Source: Epithemia pelagica | Lineage: Eukaryota; Protista; Bacillariophyta | Direction: 5' to 3' | Assembly (NCBI GenBank): GCA_946965045.2 | Contig: OX337229.1 | Location: 3,410,001-3,474,000 of the forward strand | Length of the DNA stretch: 64,000 nt | In this document: positions 9,649 to 20,342 of the stretch, in pieces | Layout: each line of letters opens with the position of its first letter | Position numbering within the stretch: the first letter of the stretch is position 1 | Translations under genes and position numbers: made by a program | The notes under the pieces: model-generated | What the model saw: the letters and a program-made list of their open reading frames with translations, nothing else | Told to the model about the DNA's origin: nothing | Databases searched by the model: none

Positions 9649-10227
9649 ATGAATTCAACGAAAGGAAGCAAGAGGTTTGAGACGATGAAACTCGTCAATG
9701 GGTTCATAGTGGTTTGCGATGGTGGCCAAAAGCTTGACACAAAGGGGGAGACAGTGACAATGTTTGGAGAAGCGGGGGTGAACGTGTACATGAAGAGTGC
9801 TGGAGAATGTTCTACCGATGGTCGGTTGATTGTTGATCGTGGTGTGTTGCTGTTGCAACGAACTTATTTGTCTCGAGTCAACACGAATGCAGTCTCAATT
9901 CGCTTCTTTGACAGGACCAAAAAGGATGATTCTGTCCCAGAGCTAGTCATCCCACTGCAATACATCAACAATCAACTTGATACAACGATTCTTCAGTCAA
10001 GTAGTGGCAAAGTTGTCAAGAGCAAGATCGTGATTGCTACGACACACTCACTTAACACCGTGATGACAATGGAGCCCATGGTTGTCACGGTTAAGATGAG
10101 TGTCGTTGGAGCCACGACGTTTCTGAAACTTCTCAACGAGAAGCTTTCTAAATCTGTTGAGGGAAAGGACGATGACAAGACTGTCAATACGGTGATCAAG
10201 AAACTGACTGATCCTATGCCTTTGTAG
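9649..10227 (+). CDS. Transposon cargo ORF-C, 192 aa, beta-rich, unknown function
   Basis: Clean ATG-to-TAG ORF with normal globular composition, convergent with the transposase. Confidence 0.6.
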   Translation: MNSTKGSKRFETMKLVNGFIVVCDGGQKLDTKGETVTMFGEAGVNVYMKSAGECSTDGRLIVDRGVLLLQRTYLSRVNTNAVSIRFFDRTKKDDSVPELVIPLQYINNQLDTTILQSSSGKVVKSKIVIATTHSLNTVMTMEPMVVTVKMSVVGATTFLKLLNEKLSKSVEGKDDDKTVNTVIKKLTDPMPL

Positions 10228-10350
10228 GATATACTTGTAGTCCGAACTATTGATGTAACTTCAAATAGAACTATGCATTGGTTTTACCTAATCATGTATC
10301 GTGTATTTTCATTTCCGTACTAACAAGTTCATAGAGCAATCGTCATCAAA

Positions 10351-13300
10351 TCATTCTGTTGTTTGTTGTTGCATCCGTAGAATCTCCATCTGGATTCTAT
10401 GCTCCTCAACGCAGGGGCGTTCCATGCCCTCCCGAATTCTGTTCCCATTGCATATACCTACACCCCGAAGGATCTTGAGTTCCTCCGTACCCGGGATCTT
10501 TCGGGTCTTCCTTTTTGCAAGACAAGCAGGGTGCCCGCAAATAAATCTTGTTTTCATATTGCAAATGGCACATCGACGCGCACAAGGTCGTGCCTTGGAA
10601 TCTGCATCGACGCTTGTGTCTGGATTGCGGATTGGTTGGTGAACGTGAGTGGGAGGAACTGACGGAACGCCAGAGTTGCAAGGAAGGCACTGGGATGGGA
10701 GAGAAGAAGCAGCATCAACTTCAAGCACCGACAATGATTCTGATGGGGATACAATGGGGTGCTCTGTGGATTCCAAATCAACGACCGAAATTGGAGGACA
10801 TGATCTCAAGCCAGCAGCACCGCCAACAGTGGAGGCCCCGAACTGTGCTATTAAGGCCTCCTCAATCATCCTCTTTGCATATTGGGTGGCCTGTTCTGTG
10901 AGAGACATGGGCTGCTGCTGGGAAGCACCATCGACAACATTTGATGCAGCAATATTGGGATGAACCTGTCCTCGTGTGTTGACATTGTTGTTGAATTGAT
11001 TGTGGGTAAGATCCCACGCCAAACAATCTGCAAAATGCTCAACTCCTCCCGAGACAGGTTTCTGTTGTGCGCCCAAATGAAACTTCGTGGCAAGAAAACA
11101 ATCAACCACAGTGGTGCCGATGATTGTTGAGATCAGCCGAAACCATGGGTTTGGCGTTTTCCAATGCATCTCAAGACGTAGCACACCTTGTCGAAGATGG
11201 TTGTGCATGTCAATGAGGTTCGCCGCCCTAAAGTAGATTGACAAACATCTAGGCCGTAGGACGCGGCGCTCTCGTACATTGCCATGTTCATCCGCATACC
11301 TGGCTACGTATGGCAAGCCAGGCTCCGTCGTTTCCGCATCCCTGGACATTGCAAACAGCAAGGTCTTCTTCGAATTGTACTTGTATGCAATGGCAACCAG
11401 GTTGACGTTGGTTCCTGGTGCCATGCACTCCATCACCAGGTACGCCCCAGATGGAAAGTTCTTCATCTCTTTCTTAAGTTGCGCATGCGGGAAACAGCTT
11501 GTGTTCGATTTGATGGAACAGATGCATTCTGGTGATAGTGGATTGTTTCCCCGCTCTTTGTCTACGCACAGGGCGTATGTCCGAGGATCGCGAGCCGTTG
11601 GTGCTCTTGGTTCTCGGTACATGCACTTGAGCGACTCAACAAGCTTGACGCTTCCGAACCAAGAGTCAGCACAGACGAGAGACCGCAGGCTCCCTTGATT
11701 CTGTGCTTCGACTCGCTCCAACACTGCCTGACCCGTGTACTCGGAGCCCTCTACCAAGCGAAGCGATGTACCTGCAGTCGGGCCGGCCTCAGGCATGAAT
11801 TTCTTTTTCCGCATCGGGACCTTCCCTTCCTGTATCTCAAGGAAGAGAAGACAACCTGTTGCTGTGTCACCAGACACCTGTTGAAACAGAACAGAACAAA
11901 ACAAAACAACAACCAAACAGATGAGTTGTTGTGCACAATGGTCAGAACCGAACGCTCAAATCATCTCCCTACCTTGAATTCGGTGCCCAGTGGCTTCGGT
12001 TTGCGCTTAACGTATGACAGGTGCGGGAGTCTCGACGTTTTCGTCGTCCTCGGTTGAAACGCACTCATGGCCTCATCCAATGTGATGGTCGACGAGGCAG
12101 CAATGGTCTTACGGCGGTTGTTGTTGAATCCACTGACCAATGGCTTGATCTCGTTCCATTTTTTTCCGCGTTCATCGCCTTCAAAGGCATGAGGAAGCAC
12201 CTCTTTGATGTCAAAGAAACGCGTCTTTGACATCACGTCCATGCCAGCTTTACTGGCGTTTACCTTTGGTGAGAACTGCCGACGCGCCGAGCCATCATCA
12301 TCAAAGAGACGAATACCGCCTTTGTGGCATGGGGCCGCTCCGATGATGATCCCCCAGAATGCCCACCACTCATGCTCGGTAACAGAGCGGAGATGACGGC
12401 TCCGGACTCTGCCTTGGTTGCGCTCGCTGATTGCTCTATTCAACTTATTAAGCTGATCTCTCCAACTCCCTGTCAACAAGCAAGAGAACAACGTGAGAAA
12501 CCACTACAATCACCATCTGAGGAAGCGATTTGGGACACTCGACAATCAACGAATTACCTGGCCATAGATGGATCAACAGGCGCATAAAAGGGAAGTCATA
12601 TTGTTGGTTTATGGTTGATAAGTTTGAAGCTGAGAATGACTTGTGGAAGTCAAAGCCAATCACGCCAACCTGTTCAAACTCTTCGACGGGGTTGTCAGGT
12701 GCTATGTCGCCGTCGACAATTTGCCACTTGAACACACGGTTGTCGTGTATCTTACGAAGATCATTCCTCCCCGTAAGTCCCAGTGTCTCTTCGTTGTCTC
12801 CATCAAACAACACATCCCACAGAGGTGTACCGGGAACACTGTCGGGGTGTTTCCCGGTGACCACACCAAAACGTGGATTGTGTTGTTTGTTTTCGCGGAC
12901 TCTGTCCCCAATCTCAATGCAATTTTCTGTAGATGCCGCGATGTCCACAGTCCAGTTTTCATCAATCAGCTGATTCTTCCTTGTAATGTACCTCTCATAC
13001 CTGCGGCGATGCTCTTGTCCGCTCTCAATTTCATTTGCAAGCGCAAGGCTGTTCGGATCGATGGCATCGTCATCATCCGAAAACAAGAACGGGAAGTCTT
13101 CCGTGTCGTTGAAATAATCGTCCAACGACACGTCGGACACATCGTCCTCGTTGTTTGTATTTTGTTGGGTCTGGCCTGTCTCCCCAATTCCATGGATGCT
13201 TTGACTGTTGCTGCTCAATGAACCGTCGGACAGGATTGTCTCGACTGCTCGTTGGTTTCCATCAACTGCAGTCTGCACTGCCGGGTGAACAGTGTCACCA

Positions 13301-14070
13301 GCACTACTGTTGTCATCATCCATTGATTGTGTCGGACGGTTGTTGTTATTGATGGCTGGTTGGGCAGGTGCTTGCTGTCGTTGAGTTTCCGGACCACCAG
13401 TCACCGCAACCTGCAAATCGTTGTTGTTTTCATCCTCTCGTTCTTCAGCACGTTGTTGCTGGTTATTGTTCACCAATGGTTCTACTTCAAAACCCTCCTC
13501 CTCTTCTCCATTGTTCTCACTTGTTACAGCGGCGTGTTCTTGTGGTTGCGGTTGCTGTTGTTGGAGGCTGTTTCCATTCGGTTGTTGTGGCCGCTGGCGT
13601 TGACGACGAGCACCAACAACAACTTCGATTGCTGTCAAGTTTTCGTTCTCCTCGTTGGCTCCAGACGGCGTGGTGACGAGGAGGACCTGTTGCGCATTTG
13701 ATGAGGCCTCCATTTCTTGTTCATGTTGATCTTGCTCTCGTTGTTGTGGTTGTTGTTCTTGGGTGGCCACGTGAGTAGTTGTAGTGGTCTGAGGGAGCTG
13801 CTGTCCCTGCTGCTGTTGCACTTGTCGTGCTCCTGCTGCTGGACGGTGCGGCGCACGAGAGACATCTCCAGGGAATCTATCATCTTTAGTTATTTTTCGA
13901 AGCTGGTAAGACGTCTTGTGTAAGAGCTCACCCGTCCTGCTTCCATCCCTCATGTCGAGTAGCTCAACTTCCCAAGCCTTGCTGCCCCGAGCTTGCACAA
14001 TGATCACAGGTTCATTGCTGCCCCTGATGAAAGCCCTGGACCCAGGACCAAGCCGACTTCCTCCAGCCAT
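10351..14070 (-). CDS. piggyBac-like (DDE_Tnp_1_7-type) transposase, 3 exons (12558-14070, 11973-12469, 10351-11877), 1178 aa
   Basis: GT-AG introns 12470-12557 and 11878-11972 restore one stop-free frame (LWPG|SWRDQ; GTEFK|VSGDTATG). Catalytic motifs are TLDEAM, CADSWFGS and IDMHNH, plus KRKPKPLG and a C-terminal Cys-rich domain. Confidence 0.93.
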
Positions 14071-15116
14071 TCCTTCTTCTTCGTCGTCGTCTGTTTTGTC
14101 TTGCTCTTATCACTACCCTCGACACTGTCGTTCTCTCGTTGTCGTGTCGTCGTGCTCAAGAAATTGACACTTTTTGTAATGATTCCCATTACAAAAAGGT
14201 TCAAATACTTGAACGCAAAAATCTTCCATGCATCATCCCTCATCCAGATGTCCTGATGAACAATCCCGATGGGGACTGTTCAAATAGCACAAGAACATGT
14301 GTTGCCATTGTATGATTGTTGGATTGGTGTGTGTGTTCAAAATTTCGGGGTACATTTTTGTCAAAAACCCCGTGGGGTTCGCACTTCCGAATCAGCGCCG
14401 ACCTGGACACGCCAGGCCGGACATGGCCGGAACGTGGCTGGGAAAGTCGACCATGGGACAAAAAATGGCGCGAAAGTGTTGCAATGCATCGGCCAAGAAT
14501 GTCTCGACGTCTTATCATGGTCATAGGACTGTCATGCGACCTCCCATAATGGTGGGCCCACATGTGCCCAAGTGTCCCCAACTGTGCCCACATGCACAAT
14601 CACGGTGCACAAGCCCCTAATGGAGGCGCTCATATGACCTAGATATGTCATATATGGGTGTCATGGAATATCAAATGGTGACAGAGGATGTCTTGAAGAA
14701 AAAGTTTGAGCATCCACATGTTGCCGTAGGCCTAATATTGGTCATGTTCTATCTAGTTGAAAACATGTGCCCAAAGGGTCGTTTTGACCTGTAATGGGCA
14801 CACGGCTAGAGGAGGCACTAGTAGTAGGAAGCCTCCAATAGCTAAAATAGAGAGAGGAGTCTACTCCTTGTAGTTTGAGTACGAGGTAGATGAAGAAAGT
14901 GTCTCTAGAGTAGGTAGGCAGGTAGTAGGTACTTGCTTTTTGACAACGTCAGGCCACGTAGGCAAGCAGTTTGAAATCTGTTGAATGAAGTTTCTCACCG
15001 TTAAGACCGACCCTCATTACTCATTTTCTTACTCCACGTCTCTTGACCATGGTTTATTTGTGCACGAGTCTCGTGGAACTCAACTGATCAAGCAGGCGCT
15101 CAGAAATTTTATCGAA

Positions 15117-16020
15117 ATGATTCGCCTGGCCACGATACTTGTGGTTTATGCATGCTCTACAAGCGCATACACCGTGAAAGGGGTTGCTAGCTCCTTTGGA
15201 CAGCGCGTTCGACAAATCTCACCTTCAGCAATCTCGATGGTACAATACAGAGGATTGGAGACTCGGAGCGACAGCGCCACGCCAACAGGTACGTTCGAAG
15301 AGATCATCTCATTGGTCCAATTTTTGTGAGTTCGTCTGATTGGATGTTGTAGAGGGTGGTATGACCCTCTACCTAAAAGCAGGACCAGACGGGACTTCTG
15401 TAGGCGACTGTCCATTTGCACACTTCGTGAGAATGGTTTTGGAAGAAAAAGGCCTCGAGTACGATTTGAAACCATGCACAAAGGATACCAAGCCTTCATG
15501 GCTCGTGGACTTTTATGAAGGGAAGATGCCAGCTCTCCGTCATCGAAGGGAGTGTTATGTTGAATCAGATGTTATTGCTGAGTACATCGATTTCTTCTTC
15601 CAAGAACCTTCTCTGGAAGCAGAAAATAAGGTATTATTGGACGAAGCAGAGAAAGCAGTTTCTGGATTGTTTCCCGCTATTGCTACTTACCTCAAACACA
15701 CACCAGACGGTGACGAAGAAGATCTAGAGAAAAAGGCAAATCTTGAATCATGTCTGTCCAGGATGGAGAATCACTTGAGTCAAACGGACGGCCCGTACAT
15801 GACAGGAAAGTCAATTGCACTGATCGACTGCAGCCTTGCTCCTAAACTCTTTCATATGCAGATAGGCTTGGATGTATTCAAGGGAAACGCCATCGACGTT
15901 GGGTCTCAGTTTCCTGCAGTTGCCGCATACATGGAAAGCGTGTTCGGAAGACCGAGCTTCCAAGCTACGTCGTATCCAAAAGACACTGTGATCTGGGGTT
16001 GGCGCAATGCAAGAAGCTGA
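15117..16020 (+). CDS. DHAR: Plastid-targeted dehydroascorbate reductase (GST fold), exons 15117-15288 and 15353-16020
   Basis: GDCPFAHFVRMVL active-site motif, GKMPAL, and DCSLAPKLFH. Signal peptide ends TSA-Y and is followed by a transit peptide; intron is 64 nt. Confidence 0.85.
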
Positions 16021-16051
16021 TTAATCTTAGTGGATGAACCGTGAATTATCA

Positions 16052-16960
16052 TTATTTCTTCAATTCCCTCTGACGAGTAACAAAATTCTTGAAAACCTTT
16101 TGGTCATTAGAGACATGTCGTGGTTTCTTTTCAGTCCTCCCGTGATGTCGATTCTTCAGAGCCTCAAAGCCCATTCTGGTACTGTCGGCATCCAATCGCC
16201 TCTTTGTTTCGTCTTCCGTAGCACTATTGTTCATGGTTTGGTGCGTTTCATCCAATGTTGATATTTCTGTCTGCCGAACTCTTGACGTAACGGAAAACCG
16301 ATTGGGAATTGCTTGTGGCAAAGAGGGCGCAGGGTCCAACTTCTTCATCTTCCTAGAAGACGCGCGCGCTGACTTTGCTTTCTCAGTCTCCTCTTCAACT
16401 TTCAAGCGTTCCTTATCGGGTAGTATGACTTCTGCAATCCCAGTGCCCGCAACCAAAACAGCACCTCCCGACATTGAATCATCACGTTCCGCCGATTCTC
16501 CTTTCGTGCTCTTCCTTCCGGAAAGCTGGACTGATGAAGCAGCTATTTCAGAGAACAACGCATCGTGGGTCAAAGATTTTGAGGTTCCTTTCGACTCATG
16601 TTTTGATGACGATGAAGAAGTCGGGTTGTTGGATGGCTGAACAAGTGCTATTCTGTCATTGATGTATTCTTCCATTGCTTTTCGGTGCTTCTGGTCAAGA
16701 ATGCCCTCTGTAGATGCGTCTATCGGGGCATTATCGACATCGTTATCTTTTGGAACGTGGCCTCGGACAGTATGGCTCAACTCAACTGAATCGACGCCAC
16801 GTTTGTTTTGCACAACGGCAAGAAGTTTTCTCTTCTTTCTAACTTGGTCAATGCGCTTGGCAGTCTCCGTTTCTTCACGGTGTTCCTCTTCTCCGTCATG
16901 CGAATCATCTCGCTTCCTTATGGCTTTGGTTTTGTTTGAACCAGATCGTCTCTTGAACAT
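16052..16960 (-). CDS. C9orf78/Tls1-like splicing-associated protein
   Basis: GTGIAEVILPDKERLKVEEETEKAK resembles the Hep_59 core. C-terminal SNDQKVFKNF. Confidence 0.65.
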   Translation of the reverse strand: MFKRRSGSNKTKAIRKRDDSHDGEEEHREETETAKRIDQVRKKRKLLAVVQNKRGVDSVELSHTVRGHVPKDNDVDNAPIDASTEGILDQKHRKAMEEYINDRIALVQPSNNPTSSSSSKHESKGTSKSLTHDALFSEIAASSVQLSGRKSTKGESAERDDSMSGGAVLVAGTGIAEVILPDKERLKVEEETEKAKSARASSRKMKKLDPAPSLPQAIPNRFSVTSRVRQTEISTLDETHQTMNNSATEDETKRRLDADSTRMGFEALKNRHHGRTEKKPRHVSNDQKVFKNFVTRQRELKK

Positions 16961-17184
16961 AACGAATCGAACAGGTAACATGTAACATTGGAACAAGTTT
17001 GTTGTTGGAGTTGGACGAGTTGTCTCGGCAAACCATCCACGACTGGATGCAGGGATAAAGCGACCAAACCTTACGTAACCTAACAGAACTTTTCTGCGGT
17101 ACTCCTCTAGGTACTCCTAGAGTAGAACGGATGGCCTCCAACACAAAAGGAGAACTTTGTAACTACTGGCTATCTTCATATGGA

Positions 17185-18480
17185 TTACGCCACCTGAGCA
17201 TTGGGCATGCCATTTAGTGCTTTCACAACACCTACATCAGTCTTTGCAACGGCACTCTTCCAGATCACAACGCCATTTGCATCCGTCTTCAGGTCAGGGG
17301 CAAGTGACTCAAATATCTTTTTCTTGGCAACTTTGTTTTCGGGCTCAGGATCACCTTCTCCAAAACCCTCAAAGACAACTCGATCTCCTGGCTTCGATCC
17401 TTGGGTTGGAACAACAAATTCAACTTTACTGTGATCCGCATTGCTTGCACATAAAACCATTCCATGAGAGGGGAATCCAACTAAGCTACGCTTTTTCAAA
17501 TTGCAGAGAACAAGTACCATGCGTCCTTCAAGATCCTCAGTCTTGTAGAAAGGACGTAATCCTGACGCAATCTGACGCTTCTCTGATCCCAAATCGACCT
17601 CCTCGCAGAACAACTTGTCAGCTGCTTCATGATGCCAAGCCTTGACAATTTTTCCCACTCGAATATCCAGTGCCGATATATCAAACGAGGCAGGAACTTG
17701 GTTGCCTCCTTCTCCTGGCTTCTTTTGCTTCTTAGCGTTCTTTTGTTGATCATTGGAACCCTTGTGGTCGTTCTGTGGCTTATGCCCTGAGTTATTCGGT
17801 TCCTTTGTGTCCGATTTAGTTTCAGCAGAGGCTTTTGGCTTTGGAACTGCAAGTGGCTTAAGAACCTTACTAATATCTTCGAGTCCATAATAGAAAGTAA
17901 GAGGACCAGATGGAACCGAAGACACAGGTGAAGGTGCAGTAAGGCCTTCCGGGGCGTTCATTTGGAAGGACCATGTAACCGTAGCCAACCAGCGCTGAAC
18001 AGCGGGAAATTCCTGGATATCCAGTTCTTTCATATTCAATGATAACGCCAAATCATAATCCGCCAGACATGGCTGTGCTGTTCCAACCAAGAAAGACTTC
18101 GTTTCCAGATGCTTGTCGAGGTCGGCAATGAGTGACGTACATGCGTTGCTGTCCTTGCGGAGTGTATCTCCAACTGACATCCAATGAATAATATGGGCAA
18201 ATGAAGTAGACTTCAAATTCCCACTCCCTCCAAGCAAGTAGTGAGGATACTGATCCAAAGCGCCATGAAGTACTGTTCCACAAATTGCTCGTAAGATTGT
18301 GTTTCGGCACGTCAGAACGAGGCCTTGTGTTTCAAGTTTCAAGGGTGATTTCTGGTCTATGGTGACTTTCAATTGATATGGAGATGCATTGTGACATATC
18401 CACTTCAGTAAATTATCTTTGTCATACAGTGACTTTGAAACAGTTAAGGAAGCAAGTGCCGCATTTGATTGGATACCCAT
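17185..18480 (-). CDS. Arc1p/AIMP1-like aminoacyl-tRNA synthetase cofactor (GST-C-like + EMAP-II tRNA-binding OB domain)
   Basis: LDIRVGKIVKAWHHEAADKLFCEEVDLG, RQIASGL, LCNLKKRSLVGFPSHGMVLCAS. Confidence 0.88.
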   Translation of the reverse strand: MGIQSNAALASLTVSKSLYDKDNLLKWICHNASPYQLKVTIDQKSPLKLETQGLVLTCRNTILRAICGTVLHGALDQYPHYLLGGSGNLKSTSFAHIIHWMSVGDTLRKDSNACTSLIADLDKHLETKSFLVGTAQPCLADYDLALSLNMKELDIQEFPAVQRWLATVTWSFQMNAPEGLTAPSPVSSVPSGPLTFYYGLEDISKVLKPLAVPKPKASAETKSDTKEPNNSGHKPQNDHKGSNDQQKNAKKQKKPGEGGNQVPASFDISALDIRVGKIVKAWHHEAADKLFCEEVDLGSEKRQIASGLRPFYKTEDLEGRMVLVLCNLKKRSLVGFPSHGMVLCASNADHSKVEFVVPTQGSKPGDRVVFEGFGEGDPEPENKVAKKKIFESLAPDLKTDANGVVIWKSAVAKTDVGVVKALNGMPNAQVA

Positions 18481-18813
18481 GATGTTGCGGCGATCTTTTG
18501 GGGAGGACGGGACAACAATGGTAACCTTACGGCGAAAGGACAAGGAGTAAAGAGTAAAGATACGAATACGATAGGGATAAGGGTAATTTTGCTACCAAGT
18601 TACGCCTCCCCATTTTGCTCGCTATTGGGTTCTGAGCTCGATTTTGGGCCCCCATGAGCGACATGTCCTTCGGGGTTCCCCCTATTTGGTGATGCATTTT
18701 GGGAGCAGATAGCAGATTCTTTATTCCCAAGACGGAGGTCGCACAGACCAAGCTCGACATACTTCTCGCCCCCTCCATCCAAAACTCGAAACCATTTACG
18801 ACGTCAATGGCCA

Positions 18814-19959
18814 ATGGTACAAATGGCTGACGACAAGTCTGTTGTGCACAAGGCACTGAATGAGGCTTCTCAGAAGACTGAAACAGCAGTGCTACAAACA
18901 ATCGAACAGCATGTTTCGAATCCCGACTTCTCCCCTGAACAGGGAGTTGACTTTCTTGATGTGAAGATATCACTGATGCTTTCGTACTTGATCGAACTGA
19001 CAGCAAACATACGAGGGGAGCTTTTGTCTCTTGATCATGCTGAGTCATCGAGGCGTCGCTTCACTCTGCTCAAAGTGGTTCTGGATAAGTCAAGAGGTCT
19101 GGAGAAGAAGTTGCGTTACCAGATTGATAAATTGCTCGCGTCTGGAACCAGTACGACAACATTTGTATCTACGGAGGACCCCCTACGGCTTCGCCCTGAC
19201 ACATCGGCACTTCAGGAGCATGAAAACAAAGAGACAAGAAGTATTGAGGAAGGCGAAAGTGATGCAGATAGTGAAGATGAATCAGTGGACTCGGATCTGG
19301 ATGCGGCACGGGCAACAATAGCAGGGAGCCGTGGAAAAAAATCACCATCCCAACGTAGTGACAAGGAGGAACTTGACGACGATGCGGATGGCGTCTACAG
19401 AGCTCCTCGATTATCAGCCGTACCATACAGTCTGGACCAGGTTGACAAAAAATCGGAGAAGGAAAAGCGCAAGTTTCGTAGAATACGAGCATCTGAATTG
19501 GCACAAGCATTGCGATCGCAATACGGGGAAGGACCCGAACAAGAGGACATTCATGGTGGGAGTGAGCTCGGACGCCAAAGGGAGGCCGCGAAACGTTTTG
19601 AAAGACTCCAGGAGGAAAAAACACAGTACGAAGAAGGTGCCATGGTTCGACTCACAACCACGAGGAACGAAAAGAAAGAAAGAAAAAGGTTGCTGCGAGA
19701 AGAATCCAGCAACCTTGCTGCCATTGCGGATCTCGGGAACATTGTTCGCGATGCTTCAGTTGGTGATTCCAACAAACGGCATGAAAATGGAACAGAATCT
19801 TCTCGAAAGCTGAAACTTAAGGACCGAACGGAGGAGGAATCGAGTATTACACCTGCAAGCAAAGGGAGACGAAAGAGAATACAGGCAAGTAATCAACTCC
19901 AGGCAGCTCTCTTTGGTACAGATGTGCCACACTCAAAGAAGAAAAAGAAGAGAAAGTAG
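18814..19959 (+). CDS. NGDN: Neuroguidin/Lcp5 (Sas10/Utp3 family) ribosome biogenesis factor
   Basis: LEKKLRYQIDKLL, GVYRAPRL, YEEGAMVRL, and a basic C-terminal NLS. Confidence 0.85.
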   Translation: MVQMADDKSVVHKALNEASQKTETAVLQTIEQHVSNPDFSPEQGVDFLDVKISLMLSYLIELTANIRGELLSLDHAESSRRRFTLLKVVLDKSRGLEKKLRYQIDKLLASGTSTTTFVSTEDPLRLRPDTSALQEHENKETRSIEEGESDADSEDESVDSDLDAARATIAGSRGKKSPSQRSDKEELDDDADGVYRAPRLSAVPYSLDQVDKKSEKEKRKFRRIRASELAQALRSQYGEGPEQEDIHGGSELGRQREAAKRFERLQEEKTQYEEGAMVRLTTTRNEKKERKRLLREESSNLAAIADLGNIVRDASVGDSNKRHENGTESSRKLKLKDRTEEESSITPASKGRRKRIQASNQLQAALFGTDVPHSKKKKKRK

Positions 19960-20342
19960 ACACACTGTTGAGACGGCCATATTGTCTTCTTAGTATGCCT
20001 TGAAACTACCAGCCATCTAGAGATCGCATCGACAATAGGAAGTATCGAGGAGTTTTGTGATCCAACATCCAACGCCAGAAATCCAAGGATGTGATGCTAC
20101 CTTATGATCATCATGGATACTCTATTCTACCCGCTACCTAAAGAGAGCGACAAAGGGACATGGATGACATGGAAGGCATAGGGAATAGAGGGAGACACAT
20201 AGAGGGTAGCTGTGGTGGGCACGCGCGCACAGACGTACGTCTGTGTGGATGGTGGAGGTGGAGGGTGGAGGGAGTTTTTCTTCCAACAACCCGAAAAGTC
20301 AAGATTGCATTAACAGATAAGAGCTTGTGTGATACTTGTTCC

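Larger units (their letters stand above)
6423..14817 (-). mobile_element. 8.4-kb piggyBac-like transposon with CTAG flanks, long imperfect TIRs and several genes
   Basis: Ends TGCCTCCTCT...AGAGGAGGCA with CTAG at 6419-6422 and 14818-14821. The ends align over ~240 bp (6423-6670 vs 14560-14817) with repeated GGGCACA motifs. Contains an intact piggyBac-type DDD transposase. Confidence 0.92.
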
